From positions 62,001 to 121,505 of the forward strand of contig NW_026250449.1 in NCBI RefSeq assembly GCF_024521635.1: a stretch of DNA of 59,505 bases. The letters are read 5' to 3'. The translations under genes and the position numbers were made by a program. This DNA is from Tricharina praecox (taxonomy: Eukaryota). A model generated the notes under the pieces. The model was not told where the DNA came from, did no database searches, and saw only the letters and a program-made list of their open reading frames with translations. Positions within the stretch are counted from its first letter, which is position 1, and the number at the start of each line of letters is the position of its first letter. Shown here piece by piece: positions 11,912-23,671 of this stretch.

Positions 11912-14900
11912 TTAGAGAGGGGAGGGCTGGGCGGGTAAGGCGACATGTAAGTACCTAGCCGCGTAGGCTTCGAGAAGATGGATCACCACCTCGTGTCGGG
12001 ACTCCCACGCGAGATTCACCGGCATCATCCCATATGCATCAGTGGTGAATAATTCCGCCCCACGGTCGACCAGCAATCGTACCACGACCGCGTGTCCCTC
12101 CTCCGAGGCGAGGTGCAGCGGTGTCCTTCCACGTGCGTCGACGGGGGCGACGTCGGCTCCCATGTCGATCAGCTTCTGTGCCACAAGCCCGTGCCCTCCC
12201 CCCGAGGCGAAGTGCAGCGCCGTCCGGCCGTATCTGTCGGTCGTGGAGAGGTCCACCCCCGAGTCGACCAGCATCAGTGCCAAAGCCTCGTAATTCCACT
12301 GCAAGGCGAGTTGCAGCGGCGTCGTAAGGGAGTCGTCGACGGGCAAGACGTTAGCTCCCCGGTCGACCAGCAGCTGGACCACCGCCTCGTGCTGCGCGGC
12401 CCAGGCGAGGTGCAGTGGCGTCCTCCCGGCTTCGTCGGGGGTGGAGAAGTCGGCTCCCTGGTCGAGCAGTAGAACTGCCACGGCCCCGTGCCCCCGTTGC
12501 GCGGCGAGATGAAGCGGCATCATCCCGTCGGCGTTGACGGGGGAGACGTCCGCTCCCCAGTCAATCAGCATCCGTACCAAGGCCTCCTGCCCTTCCTGCG
12601 AGGCGAGATGCATTGGTGTCATCCCGTCCGCGTCAGAAATGGAGGCGTCGGCTCCTCGGTCGACCAGTAGCTGTGCCACGGCCTTGCGCCCCCACTGCGA
12701 CGCGAAGTGAAGCGGCGTCATCCCGTTTACATTCTTGGTGGAGAGGTCAGCTCCCCGCTCGAGCATTAGTCGTGCAACAGCCTCGTGCCCTCCCTGCGAG
12801 GCGAGGTGAAGCGGCGTCATCTTGTATCCGTTCTCTGTGTAGACGCCGGCTCCCCGGTCGAGCAGCCGCCGTACCACAGCCTCGTGCCCTCCTCGCGCGG
12901 CTAGTTGAAGCGGCGTTATCCCGCGTGCGTTAACGGGGGAGACGTCGGCGCCCCGGTCGATCAACAACAGCGCCACAGCCTCGTGTCCCCCCTCCAGGGT
13001 GAGCTGTAGCAAAGTCATCAGGTCTCTGATGCGAACCAAGACGTTGGCTCCTACGTCCAGTAGTAACTGGACAATATCCAACTCTCCAAACGTGCATGCG
13101 CGGACCAACAAACTGTCGATACAGGCGGAGTCGACAGAACTGGAATCGAATACGGTTGCAAACTTTCGCGCCAAACCAAACACGCAGACCGATGAAAGGA
13201 TGTCGCGGCCTTCCTGTTGCAGAGCGTACGACCGATACCAAAACTTGTCTTCAGTGAACGCCACGGTATCGACATGGCCGAAATGATAGTCGAGCCATCG
13301 ATGGTAGTGACTCCCCGATAGGAATGTATCCCAGAGGCCTGTCAAGATGTCACAGTTTCCGTCGTCGCAACGAGAGAAGTGCCACGGCCAAAATACCGCC
13401 GCGTACAACAACAGGTGCCGCTCGCTGTAACTTGTTCGTTTAGTATCCATTTCGATGTCATATTCATCCCAAGAACCGGGAGTGCACAGCAAGGAAAGGC
13501 AAACTCTGGCGATTTCGGAATGCGAGTCGGCCTGCAGGAGCTGGGTCTCGAAATATTCGTCGACAGAAAGATGTGCGAAGCGGAACACGTCCAGACCTTC
13601 GTCCAGAATCAGGAGATTTTGACACGCCTTCAACACGTCATTCACCTGTATCTTGTCATGGGAGAATTCTCCCGAGCTGTCAAGTTCCACTGTGACCGCA
13701 TCGAGTAAGGTTTCGGATGCCAACGGTTCGTACGAACACTGGATCCACCGGAACGCGTTGAGCGCAAGTCGGGGTGCGCTTCCTTTTTGGCTCAGTATCC
13801 GCTTGTATATTTCACCGTATGCAGCTGTCAGGGTCTCCGGAAGAACCTTGAGGCTGTTTATTACGTCTTTTCGCGTGGTCATATCGCAGAGAAATGTAAC
13901 CTGAAGAGCGGCTAGTTGGAACCTAGCGTCGCACCCTCAGTTAATACGCTCATCCCAATTCAAGTGGTCACGGTTTGCTTACATTCCCTTGGATCGCTCG
14001 CAAAGGACGTCGCATATCTCGGCGTTGAGCGCGCGGTCGACAACACCATCGAGCAGCAGTCCGTCATCGATTGTGCCCCGAACCTTCGTTTCCACGAACC
14101 GGTTGATGTCGCCGACATTGTCATCAGGTTGCAAGTCGATCCTTGGAAACATCTCAAGCTGCCGGAGGATGTCGATGTCCATTCGGGTGGTGGCGAAAAT
14201 CTTGACTCGGTTCTTGGATGTTTCAACAACATATTTGAGCGACTTTAGCAACTGTATTCGGGTTTCGTTTTCCACTTCATCCAACGCATCGATGCAAATC
14301 GTCGTCTGCGGATATATATCTGTGAGTTGCACGAGGAGCTCCTGGCTTTCTGTCAAGGTCAGATGCGAGGACTTTTGCCCTCTTTTTTCCCGTGCCTCGT
14401 AGATGCAGACGAGCGGCATTAAGAGTTTGTCATCGTCGGACTCGGTCTGGGCCAGCTGCTGGATAAGCGTATTCAAGATGCTCTCGGGCTGCCGGCGATT
14501 TTCCTCAGCTCGGTTACAGTAAAAGTACGCCAATTTCTCTGCATTCGGACTTGAAAGGAACGAGTCAATAACCCTCGATGCGATGAATGTTTTGCCGGCT
14601 CCAGCTGGAAGGAATGGGAAAACATTAAAATCTATTTCGGCGAAAGAGGTCTATGCAGACTTACGGATTCCCCTCAACAGCAACAATTTCGAAGCGCTCG
14701 ATGATCTCCAATTGTGGTACTCCGTCTTCTTAAAGAGCCACTCGCCAGTTCCTTTTAGACGTACTTCACTAATTCGCTTGTGGTGGTTCGTGTACGGGAT
14801 TTTTGATATCCATTCCAGGATATCGGACCTCCTAGACCCTAGATTAAGTGTGAGTGTTCCAACACCGGATATTTTTTAAAAGGGGGTGCAAGTGAGCTTT

Positions 14901-16322
14901 CGTACCTTCTAATCTTTGTTGTATCCCATCGATCTGAGGACTAAGACGTGACGTCAAAATATTGATATCGTCCAGTAGCGTTCGAAGGCTTTCGAAGCCT
15001 GCCCGTGTACCTAGGTGGAGTCAACACTGCACGAAGTTCCGCTATACGGCCGCAAGGTACATTGAGCTTCAGCGACAGCAGCATCCCGTTCGACCGTTTC
15101 CTCCAAGCTAGTGACATCCTCGAAGTACTCGACAATCTCTCCCGTTGTGAATACCGCCTCTACGCGGGTATCTGTGGAAGGATTAGCAGGGAACGCTTTG
15201 TCCGACGAGGAATACTCAACTTTCGATCTCTGGATAGCTTTTGCAAGGAACTTTAAGATCGCCACGTAAAGAGCAAGCATTGATAGCTCCAGGTTTTTCG
15301 ATGCCCGGGTCGCTTCGGTAAAATAGAGAAGCTCGTAGATCGCGCACCGATGGATGAGGTAGGCAGTCTTCTCGAGTCCAACCAAGATGGCGTCCACTGT
15401 TTCCTGTTTATCCAGCAAGAGCTGTGGAGCAGCATCGTCAGCCGGTTGGGTAATTTTTTTCCGAATCGGTGCGGAAGCTTAGTTATACCTTCAGCAAAAA
15501 CCGAAATCCCGCCCATGGCAGCGCAGAATGTCCAGGATCATACTGAACGATAATGTCGCCGATCTCCTTGAACCTGTTCACCCAGCGCAGGATTTTCATG
15601 CCAACATCTCGCATCACGATTTCGTCCCCCTTGAATCGAATCTTCCAATGCTTTCCCTTATTTCCGTCCACAATTCCTTCCGTTATGTTCCTCAAGGAGG
15701 ATGCGAAATCACGGGTGTCCGTCTCGATAGCAAGCCCCGCAAGGGTTTCGCGCTCCGAAGCGGACAGCGCGTTGCCTCTATAGGCCCGGCTCCACAGGTG
15801 CGGACCTCTAGCCTTAGTATTATCCGCCGTTGCTGCAGTCTTCGTCGTCACCGTACCATCCGCGGTCGCTGTAGTATCTGTCGTCGTCACCGTATCGTCC
15901 GTGATCGATGTAGTATCCGTCGTCGTCACCGTATAATACACTGTCGCTATACCATCCATCGCCGTCACCGTATTATCCGCTATCGCACTCGCAGATGTTC
16001 CCACCACATTACTCGTTGGATTCGATTCGGTGGCTGCATCCTGGGTTTCCGCGGCGTGTGGGGATCCTACCGTCGATTCTAGTGATTTAGTAGAATGTTG
16101 TATTACGGGTGAAGAGCCACTTGGGACTGATGAGGCGATCGCTTCGCCGGAACTACCCGCGGCACTAAGCACCGAGGTGGGGGGTAGATTTGCCTTTCGA
16201 TCACGTATACGCGATCCGACGGTAGTCGTTGAAGGCGAGCCAGTGTAAATTTGGGTCCGTGATTTTGCTCGGCCAAAGTAAGCAAGCAAACGATCTCGTT
16301 TCTTGGGCTTCTCGTCGGACAT
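11912..16322 (-). CDS. NLR-2: NACHT_N-type helical domain, NACHT, winged helix, about 12 ankyrin repeats (about 1352 aa); exons 16322-15489, 15421-15220, 15171-15061, 15010-14906, 14838-14665, 14604-13983, 13922-11912
   Basis: Exons sum to 4059 nt and read open from MSDEKPKKRDR. KILRWVNRFKEIGDIIVQYDPGHSALPWAGFRFLL is the NACHT_N-like motif; LLLRGIPGAGKT is Walker A; ICIDALDE is Walker B; TPLHLAS repeats follow. Intron 2 donor is non-canonical (see findings). Confidence 0.9.
15815..15985 (-). repeat. 39-bp coding tandem repeat (13-aa Thr-rich unit, about 4 copies) in the NLR-2 N-terminal region
   Basis: CGTCACCGTA recurs at 15846, 15885, 15924 and 15963; protein unit TVTTTDTTxxxDx. Confidence 0.85.
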
Positions 16323-16519
16323 CTTGATATGATCGGGTGCTCTGTGCGTGAGGAAGTACCTATTCTGCCTCGCTGGCAAACGTAGGTCGGCAGGATTGTC
16401 TCTGTGCCGAACGGTCACTATTAGTCGGTCGGGTCGTTGAAATAAGTACAGTTCTGTTAACAAATCGCGTGGGTGGTCCTGACGCGACTTCATAAAACGT
16501 GGAAAGCGGGGTCGAGTGC

Positions 16520-16880
16520 GGCTGATTCTCTTGGCTACGAAAATAACATCTAGCAGGCTGCGGGCGCAGCAGCACGTCTCACGTTGACTAATCCAGGATT
16601 CCATAGCCCTTCTGAGTATCACGACTCACGAGCCACTTTTGGTGGTACTGAGAGGCCCATAAACGGGATGAGACAAAAATGGTGATGGATGGAAAATCGA
16701 GGTCTATGAGGAAGATGGACAGCAGAAAGCAAGACAAAAGAGCAACAACGAACACAGGTGGCAGTTCAACGTTTACAGACCGCATCGGGTGTGGTCTGGG
16801 TCTCACCTCCAGAACAAATACCTAGGTCCCACCAAGGTCTTTGCTCCCAAATTCAAGGTCTTAACACGGTCTGCTCTCTT
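16520..16880. repeat. Diverged inverted repeat, copy 1, upstream of NLR-2
   Basis: Blocks GAGGTCTATGA, AGAAAGCAAGA, CAGTTCAAxGTTTA, GCATCGGG, GGGTCTCACCTCCA and CAAGGTCT occur in the same order in the reverse complement of about 22730-23100. Confidence 0.7.
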
Positions 16881-18037
16881 CGGAGCTTCCCGATGGCACC
16901 AAGCCGCCTCGGCACAACGATCAGCCTATCTAACCGAGCACGCTTTGCGACCAAGATTCCCCGGATCGCTGCCGCGATTCTTGCGTATCGATGAGGCGTC
17001 ATTCCTGTCTCTACACCCCGCTTATCCATAATGACGGACGTCGCCACTATTATGCAAGTCGGATCCCAGCCCGTCGTGAGTCCCGACCTCTGCCCCAGCT
17101 GTTCCGCCCGGCCCAAGTAACGCGACGCCCTCTCTGGATTGGTCCCATCCACGGGGCGTCGCGACGGACGTTATCCTTCGTGGTCGTATGGAGAGGCTGG
17201 TGATGCATCGGAACCGGAATTCGTGTTACGGACGCAGGCGAGACTGGAGCTGCGAGACTGGCTAGTACCTACCGGGATCCGATCGCCGGGCGGCAAATGG
17301 TGAAAATTCCGATATTTACGAGTCGTGAGGTCTCCTGTCGACGTCGCGATTGAAACGGTCCGCCGCAGAAGTCGTCTTTACAATAGGTACTGTAGTCTGT
17401 GGCAATCCTGAGAATCGCTGGTTTATTAATAGGTAGTTAGATATGCGATTCGTGTCGCGTAGCCCACGGATATCTCTGGCAAGCGCCAATTCGCATGCTC
17501 ATGCAAAACGCGGCCGTAGGGTACGAATATCTGTGCGGGATCATGGCGCTGTACCGTGCTGACTTGGTCCTGCGCGCATAGTTGATGGCCGAGTAGTGTA
17601 GCAATACGCTATTTGTCGGAGGTAGACGTTCGGGGATGGCTGATGTCGGTTGGAGCATCAAAGTCTCGGAGAACCGGATCCGAGGTCTCGGAGCACCCGC
17701 AAGTGGATACAACCGGCCGACGGATCGGTAATTTGTCTGATTCCGGTTTCCATGGCCGAGCTAGGTAGCTACGATGGCATACTGTACGGAGACGTGATAT
17801 AAGGAAGGCATACCGCCGAAGAAACCGTGTCGCAGCGATAGTATTATCAGTATCTATCTCGCTACATTCAACACCATTATCTCGCCACGCCATCGTTGTC
17901 ACCGCTGACGGCCCGAGCACTCTCTGCCATCACCACCATCTCCTCCGCCGCCATCACCTCCCATACTACCATCATCCCACCTACCATTTTCATCTCCATC
18001 ATCGCCATTCCCATCGCCATTCCCACGAACGTCCTCA

Positions 18038-18364
18038 ATGACGGCACACAGCCATTCCCAGAACAACACACAAACAGCCGCCCCGGAGCGTACTCACAAA
18101 CACGGCAAGTGTCAGCAGGATGCCGCGACCGAAACAGGCCGACGTTTCGCAGAAATCCTCCATGGAGCTATTCGCCCACCCTCAAGCTATGAAACAGAGG
18201 TGCGCTACAACAGCCTCGGCAGCATCAGCCGCGACCGTGCCGCGGAGGCTCGAAAAATTACTAGTGCTTGGTATTGCGCCCGGTGTGGCTTCGGTCCGCT
18301 GAACTCTAATATCGACGCCGCGTGCCCGAACTGTGGGTGGTATCCGGGGCAGCGCCGCGGTTAG
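18038..18364 (+). CDS. Small hypothetical protein with C-terminal CxxC..CxxC zinc ribbon (108 aa)
   Basis: WYCARCGFGPLNSNIDAACPNCG motif; CA-rich leader upstream. Confidence 0.5.
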   Translation: MTAHSHSQNNTQTAAPERTHKHGKCQQDAATETGRRFAEILHGAIRPPSSYETEVRYNSLGSISRDRAAEARKITSAWYCARCGFGPLNSNIDAACPNCGWYPGQRRG

Positions 18365-20463
18365 TATAGTGTGATGTTATGTTTGGGAGGCGTGAGGTTC
18401 CGGGGGATTGGTCCGCCGTGCCCGCGGATGGGCGTCAGGTGGGGGGCGGTATGGGACGCGTGAGAGATAAACTTGGGTAGCGGTGGTAGTGTGGGCGTGG
18501 GATGGATATCGATGGTGGGGCGGTGCTGCTGGGGTAGAAAAGACGGTCGTGAAATGTGATTGTGCAGGATACCTTGGTATTTTACGGGGACGGATAATGT
18601 TTTGAGAGCGAATCCCGCAGGGAATGGATATTGGTCACCAGTAGGTGGTGAAGTATCATGTTTTCGAGTTGCCAAATTTTCAATGTTGCGTCAAATCCAT
18701 CGGCACGAGTGACAACTACGATTCGAGGGAATCCACTAGCAACCGACCAACCGGAATGTCTGTACAGCAGAGTGATATCCTGTGTCAAGACATTTAGTCG
18801 CTCGCGCGAACGGGTTTCTGTGACTGAAATTGCAGGCTCTATAGATTCTAACCAACGAGCGGCGGATTTGCCAAATACCTCGGATAAGTGAGTCGCCAGC
18901 TTTAACCTCTCACTTTCATCACTAAAGCTCCTCGGTATGCTCGACATATTTCGCGCAGTCTGGTACTAGCATATTCCAGATGTTTGATATCTTCGCAAGA
19001 CAAGATAGGAGAAGTGGCAAGCCGGGTCGCTGGATTCGAACGTTGTAGGAAGCGGAGGAAGCGATAGAAGATGGCTCCTCGAAGTTGAATACAACCTCAA
19101 CGTCTCCATCATCCGTCATATTCGCCTTTCCCTTGTAGCAACACCTTCTCACCGACCGTGGGCACCCACTATACGAACAGGCGACCATTCCCTCATCAGC
19201 GAGTCAAAACACTTCCCTCTCTACCCGTCGGCCTCTGGTGATTGCTTCTTTGAAGGGTTCGCTTAACTACCCATTAGACACCAGATATTGCCGATACCAT
19301 TCACGCCAACGCGAATCGGTAACTGCCGGCGAGGAATGCAGAAGCTAGAGACAAGGGACTGGAAGTCTGGAAGTGGTGGCATCTGCATAATCTCGTATCG
19401 TCTCGGGTATTCCCGCCGGGTGGCGGATTTGACGGCGTGCAGTGTTCCAACTTCCTAGGCCCGGGTGAAGCCTATCCAAACCTATGGATGCTGGGAATGC
19501 ATGGTCTGCTCACCGCAGAGTACTCATTTCCCTGTTGCCTAAGCCCATTGGGCCGTGGCCAAGATTGCTTGCTCGCTTAACGAATCAGTTCACCAGTTTT
19601 TTCTACAAACGAGTCATGTGTTTTGTTTTGTTAGGCCGCCGCAACGCTGCTGTGATTTTCTCTCCACAGCTGTCACCCACGGGCCACGGCTTGCATGGCT
19701 CTGACGCCTGGCATCAATCGGCTGCGCGCCCGAGCCCCGCCAGGCGCTCACCCGACCCGAAACTCCTACTTCTCGGTTCTCCCGCGATGTGAACCTTGGC
19801 TTTGGATACGGTCGATCATCGGATAGCGGTAAATACGTGCCTCCTGTAGCTTGCAGGCAGGTGACGGGTATAAATTGACGTCAAGTCGCTAATATCAGCC
19901 AATGGGCAGCTTGTATGATGTACCAAGATATCTCATCGTAGGAAGCAAATCAGACCACTACCTGATAGTCACCAGAGCTCCCGCTTCCGTCCATTCTCTT
20001 TCAGAAGTTGGTAACTCCAGCATTCCGGCGATGTTGGAATACGATTTATTGCGCAAACGTCGATCCGCCGCTTGCCGGGAACCATTCCTCGGCTAAAGTG
20101 TGCAGGTGTAGGATTACTGCGGCATTCCCGTGGTCATGCACGACGACCGTATATGAGGAACATAGCCGACTGCGGACAGCGCCAGAGATAATCACCAGCC
20201 ACAGAACTATCCGCAGCAGTATCTGTGGATCAGCCCGAGCGGCGTCGCATCTCGAAATCTCGCCAGTCCTTGGCGCGCGGAACGGTGTGGTCGTGCGCGT
20301 GCCCGATTCGTCGCAATTGGCGAGCACATGCGCTAATATAATCATGCATTCCGCATGCAATCGAGCCCGGAGACGGAAACCGAAGCCAGACATCGGAATG
20401 CAGTGATAATTTTGTGCCCGCCGTTTGCGGCCGCGGGTTAGTTCGCTCGACAACTGTCTTGTG

Positions 20464-21247
20464 ATGAAAAGTCCAAGCCCGGCCGACTGTGGGGAGGTAA
20501 ATAAGCTGGCCGTGTCGTCACCGGTATTTACTATTCCCCCAGACAACCAGCTAAACATCGCTCCCTCCGCTCTGTCGAAGCGCAAAGAAAAGAAAACACC
20601 TGTTGCCCCCGAATATCGTCACCTATCCTACCCCCACGTAAAAATCAACCGGTACTTCGCTGTCTGTCCCGTCCCTCTGCGCGAGCATGATCGCTGACGT
20701 CATCCACAGGACCATTCTGGCCTCGCCATGGGCGCAAGCCCGCGCCTCCATTGTCGTTCGCAGCAGCACCTTTCCGATGCGCAAGTCCGTGTCGTCGGAC
20801 GGGCTCAACGACAAGACGCGCGAGGAGCTGACTTCCATCTGGCGCGACGGCCTCTCCTCGCAGCGCGCGGCAGTCGAGCAGCTGCGCCGGACGATCTGCG
20901 AGATGCTGCAGACGTCGGGCAAGACCGACGACGAGATGGCGCAGGGCGTCCGCGCCGCCACCGCCGCGCTCAATGCTGGCGCCGCGCAGGTCGCCGATGA
21001 GACTACCGCGAAGGCGTTTGAGTATATTGAGGGCATGAAGGGAGATCAGGAGGAGAGGGACCGTTCTGCGGCACACTGCGCCGCGATGTCGAAGATGCTG
21101 GCGGAGGCCCTCAGCCCGGCTGTCGATGCGATCTTTGATGGTGTTGCGCAGATCGCGGAGATGCTCGGTAAGGTGTGGGCGATGAGTAAGCGCATCGATA
21201 CGGAGATTGGCAGTTCTTACGATGCGACGCTGGAACGGATGAAGTAG
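20464..21247 (+). CDS. All-helical hypothetical protein; exons 20464-20651 and 20710-21247 (241 aa), alternative start 20777 (156 aa)
   Basis: Strong GC3 codon bias over 20777-21247. Intron GTACTT..GCTGAC..CAG (20652-20709) contains the ORF-track ATG at 20687 and joins the upstream ORF in frame. Ala/Glu/Met-rich amphipathic helices. Confidence 0.7.
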
Positions 21248-22619
21248 TCTTGTATGCTTTTGTTCGGTTGAGAGTTCCGGCATGGCGTACATATTATTTC
21301 GAATATCTTCTTCGTTTCAGTCATGATGTGGTCGGTCGTGATGTGGCGTCTGTATGGGTGAGTTTGACGTGAGCCTTTGACGAACGGTAGTGTCGACACC
21401 GAGGTGTGATCTCCGTGCTGAGTAGTCCAAAACCGAGTGGACGTTTCCGTGAACCAGGGTCGACCGACATCTGCCCGCAACACGCCATGCTTGACTTTAA
21501 CCAGCCTCCAGCCCCAATCCATCATACCGTCGCGACTCCTATACCGCGGGTTCGATATGTATCAGAGCGTGACTTGAGTAGAAGCATCAACAGCGATCTT
21601 TTGCGATCGATTTCCTATGTAAAAATTACGATCTGTGATTCTACGGGCGACCTCGTGCTTTGGGTTCCGGTGAGCACCGCGTCTATGTAGGCCAGCCATT
21701 TCGCTGCGTGTGAAGACCGAAAGTCTTTGAAGAGAGTCGAGGCGAAGGGGTCGTTCATTAGCAAGGGGCCTGGTGAGTGTAAGTCTGGAGAAAGGGGGAG
21801 CAGTAGTCGACTAGGTAGCAGGGCGGCAAAGCGGGCGAATGTTCATTTCGACTGGCTAGCTGGGAGGCACGGGTATCGGATGCAAGCACGAAGGCGGTAA
21901 TACTCTTACTCGCTGCTATGGCTGGGAGTCTGAGCCCGCTGTACTGGTAGGTACATGCCAGGGCGTCCACATAGGAGGTGTTTATCGGATGTTCCGCGAC
22001 GTTTCTAGGGTGGCGTTCCACCGGTGTCACTCGCTACGAGTGACATCACAGGCAGGCTCGCCGCCAGTGAGAAGCCTGAGCTCAACAATGACTCTCAAAG
22101 GCGATTCACTTCCGTGAGCGGCTAACCTTTCACGTGACTAGCCTCTGCTTAGCGCATTCTAATGTTGGGACTTGGAACAGGCACCCACTCAAAGCGCGAT
22201 GGACTCGACGTAACAAGTGGGACCTCCCTGCCCTTTGCCGTGCACAACTCAACGCCAAGTCGCGGGCGTCGACGGCTTACGGGCGGGCCATCTTGGATGA
22301 TGGTATGTAGGACTTCACGGGAGGACGCGTGATGGCACGCGTGGGGTTGGGTGTGACATGACCCGTGTTGTTGTGCTCTGTGGTCACGGGTATATATTAT
22401 GACCTATTTCGCGTTGCGGTACGCTACCAACTCGTGCGCGGTAGCACTGGCGGGGAGCGGCGCAGGCATCGCACGAGGTTCGGCCGGGATCGCCACCCAC
22501 GCTACCTATACGGCAGGCCTTGCGGACGATGCGAATGATCGCACCTGTAGCACCGATCCTACAGCCATCGAGAGGCCTGGAGGACGAGGCCAGTTATCAT
22601 CGTTGGTGATCACCGGAGA

Positions 22620-23100
22620 GAGGAGACTTCGCTGACACTTTGTGTTTGAGAGTGGGGACGTTGGTGAGACCAGGCGACTTTGTCGAGACTTTGCGGTTGA
22701 GAGAGGAGACCTTGTTGGGACCAGGCGAGACTGTGCTCAGACTTTGCGTTTTAGAGGAGAGACCTTGTTGGGAGCTGACCGGACCAATCTTTTGTGGAGG
22801 TGAGACCCGACGCTGGCCCGATGCAGTCGTTAAACATTGAACTGTTTTTGCTATCATTATTTCTGTTCTTCTTCTCCTTCTTGCTTTCTTCTCGTCATGA
22901 TCATCATAGACCTCACGAATAATTGATCAACCCTTTTTGTTTTATCCCCTTCTTGGGTCTCTCACCATTCAATGCCAACTTCCAACACGACGGGATATCG
23001 CGAGCACTGCTTGGGGAATCAAGCCCCAAACCTACCAGTAGTAGCTCGCTACTGCACCCGCACTGCAAGAGCCTTTAATTCCACCTCCGAGTCACATCCA
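22620..23100. repeat. Diverged inverted repeat, copy 2, upstream of NLR-3, with about three degenerate 50-bp subrepeats at 22620-22775
   Basis: Reverse-complement similarity to 16520-16880; repeated ACTTTGyG..GAGA..GACCTTGTTGGGA units. Confidence 0.65.
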
Positions 23101-23671
23101 TCCCACAAACCTCACAGATTCGGGTTTCTCCGCCACGAAGGTTCGGCGATCAAGAAACGCGTCGCTGCTCGCGGTGCTCGCGACGAATAAGCGCAACACT
23201 CTGCACACATGGCGGTAGGATATGGTGAGGGGACTACTACTAACAGTTCTCGCTAACTGGTTGCTGTCACCTCAGCCGCAGGATTGCTGGGGGGCAGTAG
23301 TTCCTGGCCAATGAAGGACTCGACCGGCAGGCACTTTTCACGCTCATGCATGCACCTATTGTATGTCGATGCCGTTGAGCTGAGGTAACCATCTCATGCG
23401 GGGACAAAGCGGGGTACGTGAATCATATGATATATCTATACCGTACGTTCGCCTCACACGCAGTGTACAGTCGTGCGATATTTTCGACGGATCCTGACAG
23501 CTATCGATCGCGGAAACCGGCCGCCGAGTGGTGCATGCCGATAACTCTTCCCCGAGCGCCTTGCACCTCGATTGACGTTCTCATCCATAGTAGCGGCAGC
23601 AGGGCCCACACCTAAGGAAAGGATCGAACACAAAAACGAACTGTCACCCGGAAGCTGCCACGAGCGACAAC

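Noticed and set aside
16323..16622. 100-aa N-terminal extension of NLR-2 in the ORF track
   Set aside because: Starts at a non-ATG codon and overlaps the upstream inverted repeat; the ATG at 16322 is the more plausible start.
18582..19188. Two overlapping minus-strand ORFs that look protein-like
   Set aside because: No recognisable motif or consistent splice model; may be a gene relic but cannot be supported.
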